Under the pieces are notes generated by a model. It saw only the letters and a list, made by a program, of their open reading frames with translations. It was not told where the DNA came from and made no database searches. Positions 53,063 through 64,000 of a stretch of DNA of 64,000 nt are shown piece after piece. The stretch is from Cyanophyceae cyanobacterium (GTDB taxonomy: Bacteria > Cyanobacteriota > Cyanobacteriia > Cyanobacteriales > Laspinemataceae). The stretch covers positions 64,001-128,000 of the forward strand of contig JBBQFN010000006.1 in the NCBI GenBank assembly GCA_038321985.1, in the 5' to 3' direction. The position numbers and the translations under genes were made by a program. The first letter of the stretch is position 1; every line of letters begins with the position of its first letter.

Positions 53063-53762
53063 AAAAGGGTGATGCGTAAGTGCGGGGCTAATTAACAGCA
53101 ATCAGAACGGACCGAGCACGAGGGCCAGTTCACATCAGACCCGTCAATCCCTGGGTAGATCGTGTAAAATAGAACGACAAAGGCATTCAACCACTAGATA
53201 GTCGAGAATAGCGGGCCGAATGGCCTCACTAACTGAGAGCGTCAACTTCCCGCAGGGTGCATTAAGTGCAAACTGAGAGGGAGGATGGCGATCGCCCTCA
53301 AGAACCTCCTAGCTCCCTCCCCAAAAACTGGTTTCTCCAAAAGAGTAACCCGGAATCGGGGTGGGGCCTCTAGAAAAGTGGGTGCATTTAGTGCTTACAG
53401 GAGGGAAAACGGTTTAAGCTGGGCAGCGAGAAGCCGTTCAAGCTGGAAGGTCCTCCCCGGGTCGAACTCGACTGAAAAAGTCCCTAGAGCATCTGGATAT
53501 GCAGTGGGGGAAGCCAAATCAGCCGCGATCGCCGATGCTAAACCGACAGAAGATCGGCTCAGGACATAGTTCAGAGCCGACCCACTAAAAGTTGGATCGC
53601 GCCCTTCTTCCCTGGAAAGCCCCCCAAAGGCTTGCGGTGAGAGCGTGCAAGTAGATTTTTACTGTCTAAGCTGTTCAAGCGATCGACCCTAAAAATTCCT
53701 GCTGCTCAAGGGGAAAGAACACCGTTCATCCCCAAACTTCTTTGAAGAGTTATTTTGCTTTG

Positions 53763-53787
53763 AAGTGGGTCAACCCCCACTTTTTTT
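53763..53787 (+). promoter_or_regulatory. rimP leader hairpin (terminator/attenuator-like)
   Basis: AAGTGGG-TCAACC-CCCACTT plus T-run just before rimP, like the AGTGGG/CCCACT hairpin common upstream of rimP. Confidence 0.75.
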
Positions 53788-53802
53788 GTTCAAATCTGTC
53801 TC

Positions 53803-54267
53803 ATGACTCATCCCCTGATCCCACAAATTATCGAAATCGCTACCCCCGTCGCCGAGTCTCTCGGGTTAGAGGTGGTGGCAGCGGTTTTTCACACCAACCA
53901 GAATCCGCCCGTACTGCGAGTGGACATCCGTAACCTAGACACCGACACCAGTCTGACTGACTGCGAACGCATGAGCAAGGCGTTGGAAAGCACCTTAGAC
54001 GAACGGGAGTTAATCTCGGATACCTACGTTTTAGAAATTTCCAGTCCTGGAATCTCGCGGCAGCTCACCACAGACCGAGAATTTATTTCCTTCAAAGGGT
54101 TTCCCGCAGTCGTGGAGACCCTGGAACCCTATCAGGGGCAGACAGAGTGGAAAGGTAGACTGGTGAAGCGGGACGAGACTGCCGTTTACCTCAATCGCAA
54201 AGGTCGGGTAACGTCAATTCCGAGACCCCTCATCCATAAAGTTCAGCTCGTAGATCGAGAAGAATAA
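53803..54267 (+). CDS. rimP: Ribosome maturation factor RimP
   Basis: DCERMSKAL and YVLEISSPG. Located before nusA. Confidence 0.96.
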   Translation: MTHPLIPQIIEIATPVAESLGLEVVAAVFHTNQNPPVLRVDIRNLDTDTSLTDCERMSKALESTLDERELISDTYVLEISSPGISRQLTTDREFISFKGFPAVVETLEPYQGQTEWKGRLVKRDETAVYLNRKGRVTSIPRPLIHKVQLVDREE

Positions 54268-54384
54268 ATACGGACGGATTCGCGTCAGCGAAAGCAGGTA
54301 GGTCCCTAGGAGATTGTGAGGAGATTGTTCAGAATCCTCATCCTGTTATTTCTGACTCTAAATAGAACAACGGAGGCAAGTATT

Positions 54385-55626
54385 ATGGCAATGGTCAGCC
54401 TCCCCGGACTCCGGGAGATGATTGACAGTATCTCGGAAGAGCGTAATTTACCCAAACAAGCCGTGCAAGCGGCACTGAGGGAAGCGCTCTTGAAGGGATA
54501 CGAGCGCTACAGGCGCACTATCAGTATGGAAAAAATCCATTTCGACGAGCACTTTTTTGACAACTTTGAAATCGAACTGGATATTGCCGAAGAGGGCTTT
54601 CGGGTCCTCTCTACAAAGACCATTGTGGAATTGGTCAGTAGTGGCGACCACGAGATTTCTCTAAAAGAGGTTCAGGAAGTCGCCGACGAAGCTCAACTGG
54701 GCGATACGGTTGTTTTGGACGTGACCCCAGACCAGCGAGAATTTGGTCGGATGGCTGCGATTCAGACCAAACAGGTGCTTCAGCAAAAGCTCCGGGATCA
54801 GCAGCGCAAGATAGTACAGGAAGAGTTTGAGGACTTAGAAGGTACTGTTTTGCAAGGGCGCGTGCTACGATTCGAGCGGCAATCGGTAGTTCTGGCCGTT
54901 AATAGTGGGTTTGGACAACCGGAAGTGGAAGCCGAACTGCCTAAACGGGAACAGTTACCGAATGATAATTATCGAGCCAACACCACACTCAAGGTTTACT
55001 TGAAAAAAGTGCGGGAAGGTCCGAGCCGAGGCCCACAATTATTGGTTTCTAGGGCCGATGCCGGATTAGTGGTTTATCTGTTTGCCAACGAAGTGCCCGA
55101 AATTGAGGATGAAGTGGTGCGGATTGTCGCCGTAGCGCGGGAAGCTAACCCTCCCTCCCGTCATGTTGGTCCCCGGACTAAAATTGCAGTGGATACCCTA
55201 GAACGGGATGTGGATCCCGTAGGAGCCTGTATTGGAGCGCGGGGATCGCGGATCCAAGTGGTGGTGAACGAATTACGAGGAGAAAAAATCGACGTAATCC
55301 GATGGTCACCGGATCCAGCTACCTATATCGCTAATGCTCTTAGCCCCGCTAAAGTGGATGAAGTGCGGTTAGTGAATCCCGAGGCAAGACAGGCGCACGT
55401 TCTGGTTCCCGAGGATCAATTGAGTTTGGCGATCGGTAAAGAAGGCCAGAACGTCCGACTGGCAGCACGATTGACCGGGTGGAAAATTGATATCAAGGAT
55501 AGTGCTAAGTACGACTACGATTCCGCTATGGTTCGTTCTTCCTTCGAGGAAGAGGAAGACATGGAGGAGCCAGTAGACGAGCTAGAGGAACCTTCAACCG
55601 CCAGTTCTGTTAAAAGAACGGCTTAA
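54385..55626 (+). CDS. nusA: Transcription termination/antitermination factor NusA
   Basis: FGRMAAIQTKQ, DPVGACIGARG, GEKIDVI, AIGKEGQNVRLA. GGAGG RBS before ATG 54385. Confidence 0.98.
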   Translation: MAMVSLPGLREMIDSISEERNLPKQAVQAALREALLKGYERYRRTISMEKIHFDEHFFDNFEIELDIAEEGFRVLSTKTIVELVSSGDHEISLKEVQEVADEAQLGDTVVLDVTPDQREFGRMAAIQTKQVLQQKLRDQQRKIVQEEFEDLEGTVLQGRVLRFERQSVVLAVNSGFGQPEVEAELPKREQLPNDNYRANTTLKVYLKKVREGPSRGPQLLVSRADAGLVVYLFANEVPEIEDEVVRIVAVAREANPPSRHVGPRTKIAVDTLERDVDPVGACIGARGSRIQVVVNELRGEKIDVIRWSPDPATYIANALSPAKVDEVRLVNPEARQAHVLVPEDQLSLAIGKEGQNVRLAARLTGWKIDIKDSAKYDYDSAMVRSSFEEEEDMEEPVDELEEPSTASSVKRTA

Positions 55627-55982
55627 ATCCAGAATCTGGTGCTCGTAGGTCTGCAAAAACTGATACCGACCCCGGTGCGGCTTTCCTGTTCAAAGCTCCC
55701 GATCCAGGCTATCCTGTAGACCAGACTTTTTAAACCGGATTTAGGATAAGAGGCGGTTGCCTTGGCGGAGCATACCGGCTCACCCCTGAGCAAGTCCGCA
55801 CTGGGAGAAGTCGAAGGGATAACTAGAAACCGGCTAGGGTGTCTGTGCCAGGGTTCAACTCCTACCTAAGAAAGCGTTGAGTCCAGCCATGGCTACAGAC
55901 GCGACGGGGCGAAAGACCCCGATCTCATCTGAGCCGAGCTGATTCAAGCCGCTCAAAGGATAACCAGACCCCCTGTCATGGC

Positions 55983-56270
55983 ATGAAACCAAACTACCGA
56001 CGTTGTATTAGTTGCCGTAAAGTTGCACCCAAAGAAGCCTTCTGGCGTATCGTCAAACTCTACCCATCTGATCGGGTACAATTAGATACAGGGATGGGGC
56101 GTTCGGCTTACCTTTGTCCAGAAGCGTCTTGCCTGAAAACGGCACAAAAGAAAAATAGACTGGGGCGATCGCTTAAATCTGCTGTCCCCCCGGAACTGTA
56201 CCCTATCCTATGGCAGCGGTTAGCGCTTATCTCTCAATCCGATAACCCGCCAGCAACATCAACCCAATAG
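55983..56270 (+). CDS. ylxR: YlxR family RNA-binding protein
   Basis: RRCISCR and GRSAYLC. Located between nusA and infB. Confidence 0.93.
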   Translation: MKPNYRRCISCRKVAPKEAFWRIVKLYPSDRVQLDTGMGRSAYLCPEASCLKTAQKKNRLGRSLKSAVPPELYPILWQRLALISQSDNPPATSTQ

Positions 56271-56671
56271 CAACCCCAACTAGATTCCCAATACCGGAGT
56301 TATCCCTCTTCTTTGAACCCCAAACAACAACCCCACCATATAGACCTTAACATCCACAGTTCTATAGAAATTCGTGCAAGACTAGAACAGACGTGGCTTC
56401 GCCTTAACCGGCCAAGCACAGCGGCTGATGTGGGAGACGAGCGTGCGGATCTCTCAATATGCGGTTGTCCGTTGGTATCCCAGCCGGTCAACAACGCCCA
56501 AAAAGCCGATGCCATCAAACGGGTTCTGTCGGTCTCCCGGCGGTGATCGCAATAAAAGACCGGTTCGACCCTCTTCGATTCTAGAATTCAGCTTGGGAAA
56601 AACCTGAAAAACCAGTGTCAACAACCCAAGCATCCACAATCGAAGGGTGGTATCCGCCGTTCGGAGGTTTT

Positions 56672-59600
56672 ATGAACAACGGAAAAGTGAGAATATACGA
56701 GTTATCCCGAGAATTGAATTTGGAAAACAAAGACATTTTGGCTGTTTGCGAACAACTGAACATACCAGTTAAAAGCCACAGTAGTACGATCTCAGAAGAT
56801 GAGGCCCATCGCATAGAAAAATTCGTCCTGAGCCATCCAGAAAAAGCATCTGGAGCCGCCAAAACGAAAGAAAAACAAACGGCCTCAGAACTGGGAAACC
56901 CCTCAACCGCCAAGAAAAAACAGGAAATTTTGGAAATCCGAAAACAACCAACCCGCAATAATAACAATCAGCTTGGGACACAAGCCCTATTAGAAGACAG
57001 TGGCCCCCCAAGTGCAACTAGCTCATCCCAGCCGAATCAAAACAATCAGATGATGTTGAATCGACCTGTGCGTGGCAACGACAGCGATCCCAGTCTACCG
57101 GACTCCCAAAACCTAGAAGAGGACTTCACCGAGGACGAGGCTAATACCCCTCCCCTCGTAGAAGATCCCCGCCCCGATCTGGCCTCGGAACCCGAATGGG
57201 ACGACCCAGACCCCAGTAAGATGCTCTCTGAAGAAGACTCCCAAGAGCTTCAATCTCCCCCCGTCAGACCGGTGCGCTCCTCTGGCAAAAAAAACGAAGC
57301 CGCTAAATTGGACCGGCCCGTACTCAAACCCCTGTCTAAAAAAGACGAGACTGCCTCCCCAGTGGCAGCGAAAACGTCTAGCCCCAGTAGTCCAGAAGTT
57401 TCTCGCGGCCCCAAGCCTGCGGCTCCGACGCGCTCAGCTCCCTCGGCTCCCTCAGCGCCCAGCCAGTCGGTCAATAAGGATGGCGATTCTCGTCGCGAAA
57501 GTCCCCAGGCCGGGGCTGCACCGAAGCCTAAACCCCCGACGGAACTGGTCCGTCCCCGTCGTTCTGGGGAAAGTGATACTGCTGTTGTCAAAGGCAAGGA
57601 TTTAAGAGACCGCTCGTCCTCCGATGAGGACGTCTCCAACACAGAGACGGAATCCTTTGGTGAGGACGACTCCGAAACGCCTCGTCCTCAGCTAAAAACT
57701 CCCCCTCGTCCTCCCAAGCGGTTGAAAAAACGCAAGGACGAAGAAGAGGATATGCAAGACTTCCCCGAAAAAGCGGGTAAGGGAGTCACTAAGTCCAAGC
57801 GCCGAATCAAGCCTCTGGCGGATGAAGATGATGATGATTTTGAAAGCGATTTAAACGCTGACGAGTCCTCAGATACGGCTCTGAGCTTGTCGATCGCCCG
57901 TCCACCTAAACCCAAAACTGCCCCGGCTCCCCGGAGTAGCACTATCATCACGGCGCGTCAAACTAAAAAACCGAATACTTCTCGGGATTCATCGGGTAGT
58001 AGTAGCAGCAGTAAATCTCGGGGGCGTCGTCAAGAGAAAGTAGAGAAAAAAGAACGTCCTGAGCATATCGTGATCACTCAGGCGATGACCGTGCGAGAAC
58101 TGGCGAATGCTTTGGCAGTTCCGGAAACCGATATCGTCAAAACCCTCTTCTTCAAAGGGATTGCGGTTAACATTACTCAAACTCTTGATATTCCCTCGGC
58201 CAAGATGGTGGCGGAAGAACTTGAGGTCACGGTTGAGATTGCTGTCGCTGAATCGGAAGCGAAAAAAGTCAGCGAAATGATCGATATCAGCGACCTGGAA
58301 AGCCTTCAAATTCGTCCTCCAGTCGTGACGATTATGGGCCACGTGGACCACGGGAAAACAACGCTTCTCGACTCCATCCGCAAAACGAAGGTCGCTCAAG
58401 GAGAAGCCGGTGGCATTACCCAACATATCGGGGCCTATCATGTCGATGTGGAACATAAGGGCAAAATGCACCAGGTGGTCTTCCTGGATACTCCAGGTCA
58501 CGAAGCCTTTACCGCAATGCGAGCACGCGGAACCCGCGTGACGGATATTGCAGTTCTAGTGGTGGCCGCAGATGATGGCGTTCAACCCCAAACCATTGAA
58601 GCGATCAGCCATGCGAAAGCGGCTGAAGTGCCGATCGTGGTCGCTATCAATAAAATCGATAAGCCGGATTCAGATTTAAACCGCGTTAAGCAGGAATTGA
58701 TGAATTACGGTCTGGTTCCCGAAGAATTCGGCGGCGATACTATTATGGTTCCCGTGAGTGCAATTCAGGGGCAGAACTTAGAGACCCTGCTAGAGATGAT
58801 TATCTTGGTAGCAGAAATCGAAGAAATCTCGGCTAACCCCAATCGCGCTGCGAAAGGAACCGTGATTGAGGCCCATTTAGATAAGGCTCGCGGTCCAGTG
58901 GCAACCCTGCTGGTGCAAAATGGTACCCTCCGGATTGGGGATATTTTTGTCGCTGGCTCCACAATGGGTAAAGTCCGGGCAATGGTTGGCGATCGCGGCG
59001 ATCGCGTGGAAGTCGCAACCCCTTCGTTTGCGGTGGAAGTCTTGGGTTTAAACGAGGTTCCCTCAGCTGGGGATGAGTTCGATGTCTTCTTGAATGAAAA
59101 AGACGCTCGGGCTGTTGCCGATGATCGCGCTGATGCCAATCGCGAAACTCGTCTCAATCAGGCACTCAACTCTCGTCGGGTGACCCTCAATAGCCTCAGC
59201 GCTCGCGCTCAGGAAGGTCAGCTCAAAGAACTCAACCTGATTTTGAAAGCTGACGTTCAAGGTTCGGTCGAAGCGATCCTGGGCTCGTTAAAACAACTGC
59301 CTCAAAATGAGGTGCAAGTTCGCGTCCTCTTGGCTGCTCCTGGAGAAGTCTCGGAAACAGACGTTGACCTGGCTGCTGCTTCTGATGCGGTCATTGTTGG
59401 GTTTAATACCACCTTCGCCAGTGGAGCCCGTCAGGCAGCGGACCGCGCTGGAGTCGATGTTCGCGAATACAACATCATCTATAACCTGCTAGATGATATC
59501 CAAGCGGCAATGGAAGGTCTACTGGATCCTGAATTGATTGAGGAACCCCTGGGTCAAGCGGAAGTCCGTGTTGTCTTCCAAATTGGTCGCGGTGCAGTTG

Positions 59601-59842
59601 CAGGCTGTTATGTCCTGTCCGGTAAAATGATCCGCAACTGTAAAGTCCGGGTCCATCGCAAGAGCGACGTCATCTACGAAGGTGCGCTCGACTCCCTCAA
59701 ACGGGTTAAGGATGATGCCAAGGAAGTCAACAGTGGCTTTGAATGCGGTATCGGCATTGATAAATTTAGTACCTGGATCGAAGGCGACACCATCGAAGCT
59801 TATCGTATGGTCACCAAGCGCCGCACTCTTTCCCCAGCTTAA
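56672..59842 (+). CDS. infB: Translation initiation factor IF-2
   Basis: KVRIYELS N-terminus, [26 protein letters not shown]. Confidence 0.98.
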   Translation: MNNGKVRIYELSRELNLENKDILAVCEQLNIPVKSHSSTISEDEAHRIEKFVLSHPEKASGAAKTKEKQTASELGNPSTAKKKQEILEIRKQPTRNNNNQLGTQALLEDSGPPSATSSSQPNQNNQMMLNRPVRGNDSDPSLPDSQNLEEDFTEDEANTPPLVEDPRPDLASEPEWDDPDPSKMLSEEDSQELQSPPVRPVRSSGKKNEAAKLDRPVLKPLSKKDETASPVAAKTSSPSSPEVSRGPKPAAPTRSAPSAPSAPSQSVNKDGDSRRESPQAGAAPKPKPPTELVRPRRSGESDTAVVKGKDLRDRSSSDEDVSNTETESFGEDDSETPRPQLKTPPRPPKRLKKRKDEEEDMQDFPEKAGKGVTKSKRRIKPLADEDDDDFESDLNADESSDTALSLSIARPPKPKTAPAPRSSTIITARQTKKPNTSRDSSGSSSSSKSRGRRQEKVEKKERPEHIVITQAMTVRELANALAVPETDIVKTLFFKGIAVNITQTLDIPSAKMVAEELEVTVEIAVAESEAKKVSEMIDISDLESLQIRPPVVTIMGHVDHGKTTLLDSIRKTKVAQGEAGGITQHIGAYHVDVEHKGKMHQVVFLDTPGHEAFTAMRARGTRVTDIAVLVVAADDGVQPQTIEAISHAKAAEVPIVVAINKIDKPDSDLNRVKQELMNYGLVPEEFGGDTIMVPVSAIQGQNLETLLEMIILVAEIEEISANPNRAAKGTVIEAHLDKARGPVATLLVQNGTLRIGDIFVAGSTMGKVRAMVGDRGDRVEVATPSFAVEVLGLNEVPSAGDEFDVFLNEKDARAVADDRADANRETRLNQALNSRRVTLNSLSARAQEGQLKELNLILKADVQGSVEAILGSLKQLPQNEVQVRVLLAAPGEVSETDVDLAAASDAVIVGFNTTFASGARQAADRAGVDVREYNIIYNLLDDIQAAMEGLLDPELIEEPLGQAEVRVVFQIGRGAVAGCYVLSGKMIRNCKVRVHRKSDVIYEGALDSLKRVKDDAKEVNSGFECGIGIDKFSTWIEGDTIEAYRMVTKRRTLSPA

Positions 59843-59892
59843 CGGTGGGCGTAAAGTGTCCAAGCTCAAGGGTGGAGTGTAAAGGAGATTGC

Positions 59893-59920
59893 AACCGTTA
59901 ACGATTTAAAGTTAACGGTT
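59893..59920. other. Perfect 10-bp inverted repeat downstream of infB
   Basis: AACCGTTAAC-GATTTAAA-GTTAACGGTT. Confidence 0.65.
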
Positions 59921-59953
59921 AGCCGGTCATTTGTCGTTAGCCATTTGTCCTCC

Positions 59954-60008
59954 TTTCATCTTCACCCTTCGTCCTTCATCTCTTCTCCTTCACCCTTCAT
60001 CCCTCATC
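59954..60008. repeat. Degenerate heptamer tandem repeat (TTCAYCC-like, STRR)
   Basis: ttcatc ttcaccc ttcgtcc ttcatct ... ttcaccc ttcatcc ctcatc. Confidence 0.6.
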
Positions 60009-60015
60009 GTTGTTC

Positions 60016-60753
60016 ATGGTCTCTTTTCGATCCGATCCCTATTTCTGGATTCATCTATCTGGTGTGGCGGCTGTCCCCCTGTTTCTGGAACTGACTTGGG
60101 TCGGTCTGTCCGTGGGTGACCCGCTCTTTTCGGGTGGTTTGGAACTGCTGTTGGTTGCGGCGATCGCCACTGTTCCCGTGTTGTGGATGCAGTTGACGCG
60201 CCCTTTCTATATTTTCAGTCTGCTGTTTGTGGCGATCGCCCCACAGTATCTCACGGAAGAACAACGACGGATCCTCGGCTTATTCCTGAGAACGCGGAAC
60301 CGTTGGGTTTCTCTGTTAGTTCCAGTGGGATTACTAGCCCTTCTCTGGAATCTTTATCTCTGGTCACCCGTCGCTTCCGGGATCGCCGCTTACTTCCCGC
60401 AATTTCACTTTTTAGGACTGGCGATCTCAACGGTGGGCTTTTTCGGTGCTAATCTCTTTTTACAGGTTCCCGTCAGCGTCCTGACGGCGATACTTACCCC
60501 AGAATCCATCTTCGCGGCAACACCCCCCGTTCCTGTTGACCAACTTCCCCGAACCTTTACGATCCCCGGTTGGAAAGTCCAGAAAATTTTACCCCTACAA
60601 CAAATTGGGGTCGAACTAACTCCCTCTCAACCGATTTCGGACCCCGTGCCACCCCCAGTCCTCTCGGTAGAAATAACTCCCCCTCAACCCATTTCAGAGG
60701 TAGTTACACCTTCCGTGGAATCTACTCTTACCCCAGAAAATCCCGAACTTTAA
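60016..60753 (+). CDS. Cyanobacterial low-complexity-tail membrane protein
   Basis: FRSDPYFWIHLSG, RPFYIFSLL, NLFLQVPVSV, Pro-rich tail. Confidence 0.85.
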   Translation: MVSFRSDPYFWIHLSGVAAVPLFLELTWVGLSVGDPLFSGGLELLLVAAIATVPVLWMQLTRPFYIFSLLFVAIAPQYLTEEQRRILGLFLRTRNRWVSLLVPVGLLALLWNLYLWSPVASGIAAYFPQFHFLGLAISTVGFFGANLFLQVPVSVLTAILTPESIFAATPPVPVDQLPRTFTIPGWKVQKILPLQQIGVELTPSQPISDPVPPPVLSVEITPPQPISEVVTPSVESTLTPENPEL

Positions 60754-60875
60754 CTTAGAAGGTTTCCTCGTTCCCAGATTAAGAAATCAAAGACTGGGAT
60801 TTTGGCATTCTCGGTTGAGATCCAGGGTTTAAATTAATCAGATAACAATTCCAATTATTGTGATAATTCTTTAAC

Positions 60876-60900
60876 GGAGTGCGAGCATCTTGCTCCCACT
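60876..60900 (-). repeat. GTAG-type-like palindromic dispersed repeat
   Basis: GGAGTGCGAGCATCTTGCTCCCACT; its reverse complement resembles 7305..7329. Confidence 0.6.
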
Positions 60901-60920
60901 TCTTTATATCCCTAAAAAAA

Positions 60921-60950
60921 TGTAGAGACGCACAATTTCGCGTCTCTACA
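60921..60950. repeat. GTAG REP-like palindrome
   Basis: TGTAGAGACGC-ACAATTTC-GCGTCTCTACA, perfect 11-bp arms. Confidence 0.75.
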
Positions 60951-61014
60951 AAGTGTTAAATGTTTAAAATTAGAAAAGGGTTCTTTAAGCGAAATTTCAT
61001 TTTACCCCTTCTAT

Positions 61015-61560
61015 TTAAAACGGTAACTTTTCCAGAAAACTAAGCTTATTGTAGACGCGCCTTAAACTAGCCACATCTACTTCTACAGTTTGTGCTGGGT
61101 AATTTTCAATTAATTCTACAACCGTAATTTCTCCATCTTCCGCTGCGGAGAGAACCAAAGAAGCACGCAGAGCCTGACCGCTTAACTCACCCGAAGGCGT
61201 CTGAATCATGTTCCCCATTTCATCCAACAGACGTTTACCCAGGCCATTATTCAGAGCCTGATCCAAAAATCGCGGACTCACAGAAATTGACCGGGTTAAA
61301 TGATTGCGAACCTCATCAGGATTTTGCCTAGATAAACCCATATACGATCGCAAAGCGAAGGACATATCTCCACTGTCAGCAAATCTAGAGAGGTCATTTA
61401 CAGCTACAGGTGCTCGGATCGGTCCATACTTGAGAATAATTTGTTCCGCAGCAATCGCGTTGTTTGGGGACAGCATGGCTTCCCCCACTGCCAATAAAGC
61501 TATTCCTAAAGTTCCAGACTGGATAAGCCGGCGTAAAACAGACAAGATGGATCGGCGCAT
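61015..61560 (-). CDS. DUF1400 (alpha/beta hydrolase N-terminal-like) exported protein
   Basis: Signal peptide AIA|AEQIILKYG, ALRASLVLSA, ELIENYP. Confidence 0.85.
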   Translation of the reverse strand: MRRSILSVLRRLIQSGTLGIALLAVGEAMLSPNNAIAAEQIILKYGPIRAPVAVNDLSRFADSGDMSFALRSYMGLSRQNPDEVRNHLTRSISVSPRFLDQALNNGLGKRLLDEMGNMIQTPSGELSGQALRASLVLSAAEDGEITVVELIENYPAQTVEVDVASLRRVYNKLSFLEKLPF

Positions 61561-62061
61561 TTTTACCTTTTAAATACATGAATTTACAAACTAGGGACGA
61601 GGAATCGATAGAAGAGGTTTCTGGCTGGGGAAAGGGCCTCGTCCTTAAGTTTTAATCCCCTAAAAATTCCTGGCCTTGCCTCAAAAAGGAAGTAAAGTTT
61701 CCCGCACAGGAGGAAGAATTGACGGTTTTATGGACAACTGCTGGATTTCCCTTTAGAGATAGTTTAAAACCCCAAACTGGACTATTTTTTAAATCGATAT
61801 CCGATCGCGCCACAGAAAAACTATTCAGCAGTCTCCTAGATTAGCATTTTACGATGACGAGAGAGGGAGAAGTCCAGGGATTCCCCGGGCGATCGCACCT
61901 CTATAATTCCCCCATTCAAAAATCACCCTATCCATCCCGTTTAACCCCAGGTGCGAGGTCTAAGGATTTAATTTAATCCCCACTACGTTAACCCAACCCC
62001 CTCTGAGGTTAACCTAAATCTAACAACTTTGATGTTTTACCACCCTAGGACCCATGAAAAA

Positions 62062-63720
62062 ATGATCAAGCGAATTTCTTCTCTCAAATTACAACCCGCC
62101 AGTTGGGGTAGGCAGATCCTGACTCTTCGATCCAGCCTTTCCCTGCTCACTGCTCTGCTTTTGAGTGCAGGAACAGTTTCTGTTCCAAAATCCTGGGCCA
62201 ATTCAGCCCCGGGGATGCCAGGGTCCTCAAGAGTGCAGACTGCACAAACTCCGGCGAACGCTAGAGTGGTTTATGTTAATCCCGTGTTAGGAAGCGATCG
62301 CCCCGATGCAGGGACCACGGAAGGGGCCGCCTATCAGAGCATTTCTTACGCCCTCTCCCAAGCAACTGCGGGCACAGTAATTCAATTGGCACCCGGGAGT
62401 TACACCAAAGACACCGAAACTTTTCCCCTCACCCTCAAACCCGGGATTACTCTGCGCGGGGATGAAGCCAAAAAAGGCCAAAACGTGCGGATTATTGGCG
62501 GTGGCAGCTTTAGCAGTCCCACCTTTGCAGTTCAAAATGTGGCGATGGTAACCGCCAGGGATAGCATGATCGCCGGGGTCGGTGTAACTAACCCCAACAC
62601 TCGCGGCACCGGCATCTGGATCGAATCGGGGGCGGCGACTATCCGCGATAGTACCTTCACCAGTAATCTGCGCGAGGGCATTTTCGTGACGGGAAATTCC
62701 ACGCCCCTGATTGAAAATAACGTCTTTACCGAAAACGATGGGAATGGGATTTCTATTGCCCGTTCTGCTCAAGGGGAAATTCGGGGAAATATCTTTCAGA
62801 ATACGGGTTTTGGCTTGGCGATCGGGGATTCCTCGGCCCCGATGGTGGTGGATAACCGGATTCTGCAAAATATTGATGGGGTGGTAGTGTCCAATTCGGC
62901 AAAACCCATATTTCGTAATAACGTGATTGAGAATAATCAACGGGATGGAATTGTGGTGATCGGGGATGCGTTGCCGGATTTAGGGACAGCCGAATCTGAG
63001 GGCAAAAATTACATCCGCAGTAATACCCGCTACGATCTTTATAATGCTACCCGCAACAATACGATTCTGGCCGTGGGTAATGATATTGATGGCAGCCGTA
63101 TTTCTGGGGCGGTGGAGTTTGTGGCAACAACGGTAGCGGCGGGATTTCGGGATATTTCCGGTCACTGGGCGCAGCCTTATATTGAAGCGTTGGCAGCGAA
63201 AGGGGTGATTGCCGGATTTAACGATGGCACGTTTCGCCCCAATGATCCCGTTACCCGCGCGCAATTTGCGGCGATCGTCAATAAAGCCTTTACGGCGACG
63301 TCTACTCAGGCTTGTTCGGCATTTACAGACGTCCGAAGTAATTTTTGGGGCTTTGAAGCGATTCAAACCGCCTGCCGGGGTGGGTTTTTAACGGGATATC
63401 CCGGGAATCAGTTCCGCCCGGAAGAGCGAATTCCCCGGGTTCAGGTACTTGTGGCCCTAGCCAGTGGGTTGGGGTTGCGTTCTGAGAATAGGGGAGCGTT
63501 ATCGGTATATTCGGATATGAATCGCATTCCGGATTGGGCGCAAACCGCAGTTGCTGGGGCCACGGAGCGTCGTTTGGTGGTCAATTACCCGATTCGCGAT
63601 CGCCTCAATCCCACCCAAGAGGCAACCCGCGCCGATGTTGCCGCTTTCGTTTACCAAGCCCTCGTGAATGCGGGTCAAGCCGAAGCGATCGAGTCTCCCT
63701 ATCTGGTTATGACGCCCTAG
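62062..63720 (+). CDS. DUF1565 beta-helix protein with C-terminal SLH domains
   Basis: YVNP...G, parallel beta-helix repeats, SLH motifs (FRDISGHWA, TRAQFA, TRADVA). Start uncertain. Confidence 0.9.
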   Translation: MIKRISSLKLQPASWGRQILTLRSSLSLLTALLLSAGTVSVPKSWANSAPGMPGSSRVQTAQTPANARVVYVNPVLGSDRPDAGTTEGAAYQSISYALSQATAGTVIQLAPGSYTKDTETFPLTLKPGITLRGDEAKKGQNVRIIGGGSFSSPTFAVQNVAMVTARDSMIAGVGVTNPNTRGTGIWIESGAATIRDSTFTSNLREGIFVTGNSTPLIENNVFTENDGNGISIARSAQGEIRGNIFQNTGFGLAIGDSSAPMVVDNRILQNIDGVVVSNSAKPIFRNNVIENNQRDGIVVIGDALPDLGTAESEGKNYIRSNTRYDLYNATRNNTILAVGNDIDGSRISGAVEFVATTVAAGFRDISGHWAQPYIEALAAKGVIAGFNDGTFRPNDPVTRAQFAAIVNKAFTATSTQACSAFTDVRSNFWGFEAIQTACRGGFLTGYPGNQFRPEERIPRVQVLVALASGLGLRSENRGALSVYSDMNRIPDWAQTAVAGATERRLVVNYPIRDRLNPTQEATRADVAAFVYQALVNAGQAEAIESPYLVMTP

Positions 63721-63850
63721 GTGGGTACAATACCAAAATTAAAATCTCATGATTGCTCCCAGGAGTAGGAAAGTGGGTCAGATCAACCCTTTATGGCTTT
63801 AGGCTATTAATTCTGGGTCTGATGCACCCTTACTCTTGGGGACTTTAAAC

Positions 63851-63899
63851 ATAAAGAAAGCGCCGTTTCTAAGATTGCAGAAGCGGGCGCTTTCTTTAT
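63851..63899 (+). terminator. Probable bidirectional intrinsic terminator
   Basis: ATAAAGAAAGCGCC ... GGCGCTTTCTTTAT inverted repeat. Confidence 0.65.
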
Positions 63900-64000
63900 A
63901 TTTGAGGTGTTATGTTTAGGGTCTTTATATTGGCTGACCCCATTTGAATTTTATTGAGTTGATTATGACTGGAATTTTAGCTGAGCTTGGATTTCATTAT

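Noticed and set aside
53255..53410. TPP-riboswitch-like words (GGGTGC, CTGAGA, GAACCT, GGAGGGAA)
   Set aside because: The P4/P5 elements (e.g. GGTAATACC) and correct spacing are missing, and no thiamine gene lies downstream.
53285..53569. 94-aa ORF upstream of rimP
   Set aside because: Ser/Arg/Ala-rich with no family signature. More likely chance within a non-coding leader.
55800..55870. tRNA T-arm-like GGTTCAACTCC
   Set aside because: No acceptor stem or D arm can be built around it.
56900..58070. Long low-complexity N-terminal region of IF-2
   Set aside because: Extended disordered IF-2 N-termini are normal in cyanobacteria.
62287..62940. 217-aa antisense ORF within the DUF1565 gene
   Set aside because: Fully overlaps a well-supported gene and has no motifs.
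1..64000. Very frequent GCGATCGC
   Set aside because: This is HIP1, a well-known cyanobacterial feature. Used only as a taxonomic cue.

Overview
This window comes from a filamentous cyanobacterium. The evidence is very frequent HIP1 (GCGATCGC), petN, raf1, heptamer STRR-like tracts and GTAG-type palindromic repeats; an Oscillatoriales-like host is an inference. Most of it is core chromosome: tandem ferritin-like genes, a Nik/Cbi-type ECF metal-uptake cluster split by an antisense K+ channel gene, a four-gene two-component/c-di-GMP cluster, a 2559-aa TamB-like protein, murQ, raf1, a UvrD-like helicase, dhaK/dhaL, a GGT-family gene and rimP-nusA-ylxR-infB. Accessory parts are a DUF4258/DUF2283 toxin-antitoxin-like pair behind a decayed gene, a three-copy Ser/Thr kinase array with one internally deleted copy, and a compact M<-/C->R-> cassette. 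The cassette has a beta-class methyltransferase with non-canonical motifs, an XRE controller whose promoter lies in a 34-bp palindrome, and a PD-(D/E)xK nuclease I cannot assign. It is the best candidate for an uncharacterised system. Other notable items are a voltage-sensor-like protein with no pore and a duplicated loop domain, and about 14 tandem ~70-aa repeats in TamB. I found no tRNA, rRNA, CRISPR array or intact transposase. All calls come from reading motifs by eye; no searches were run.
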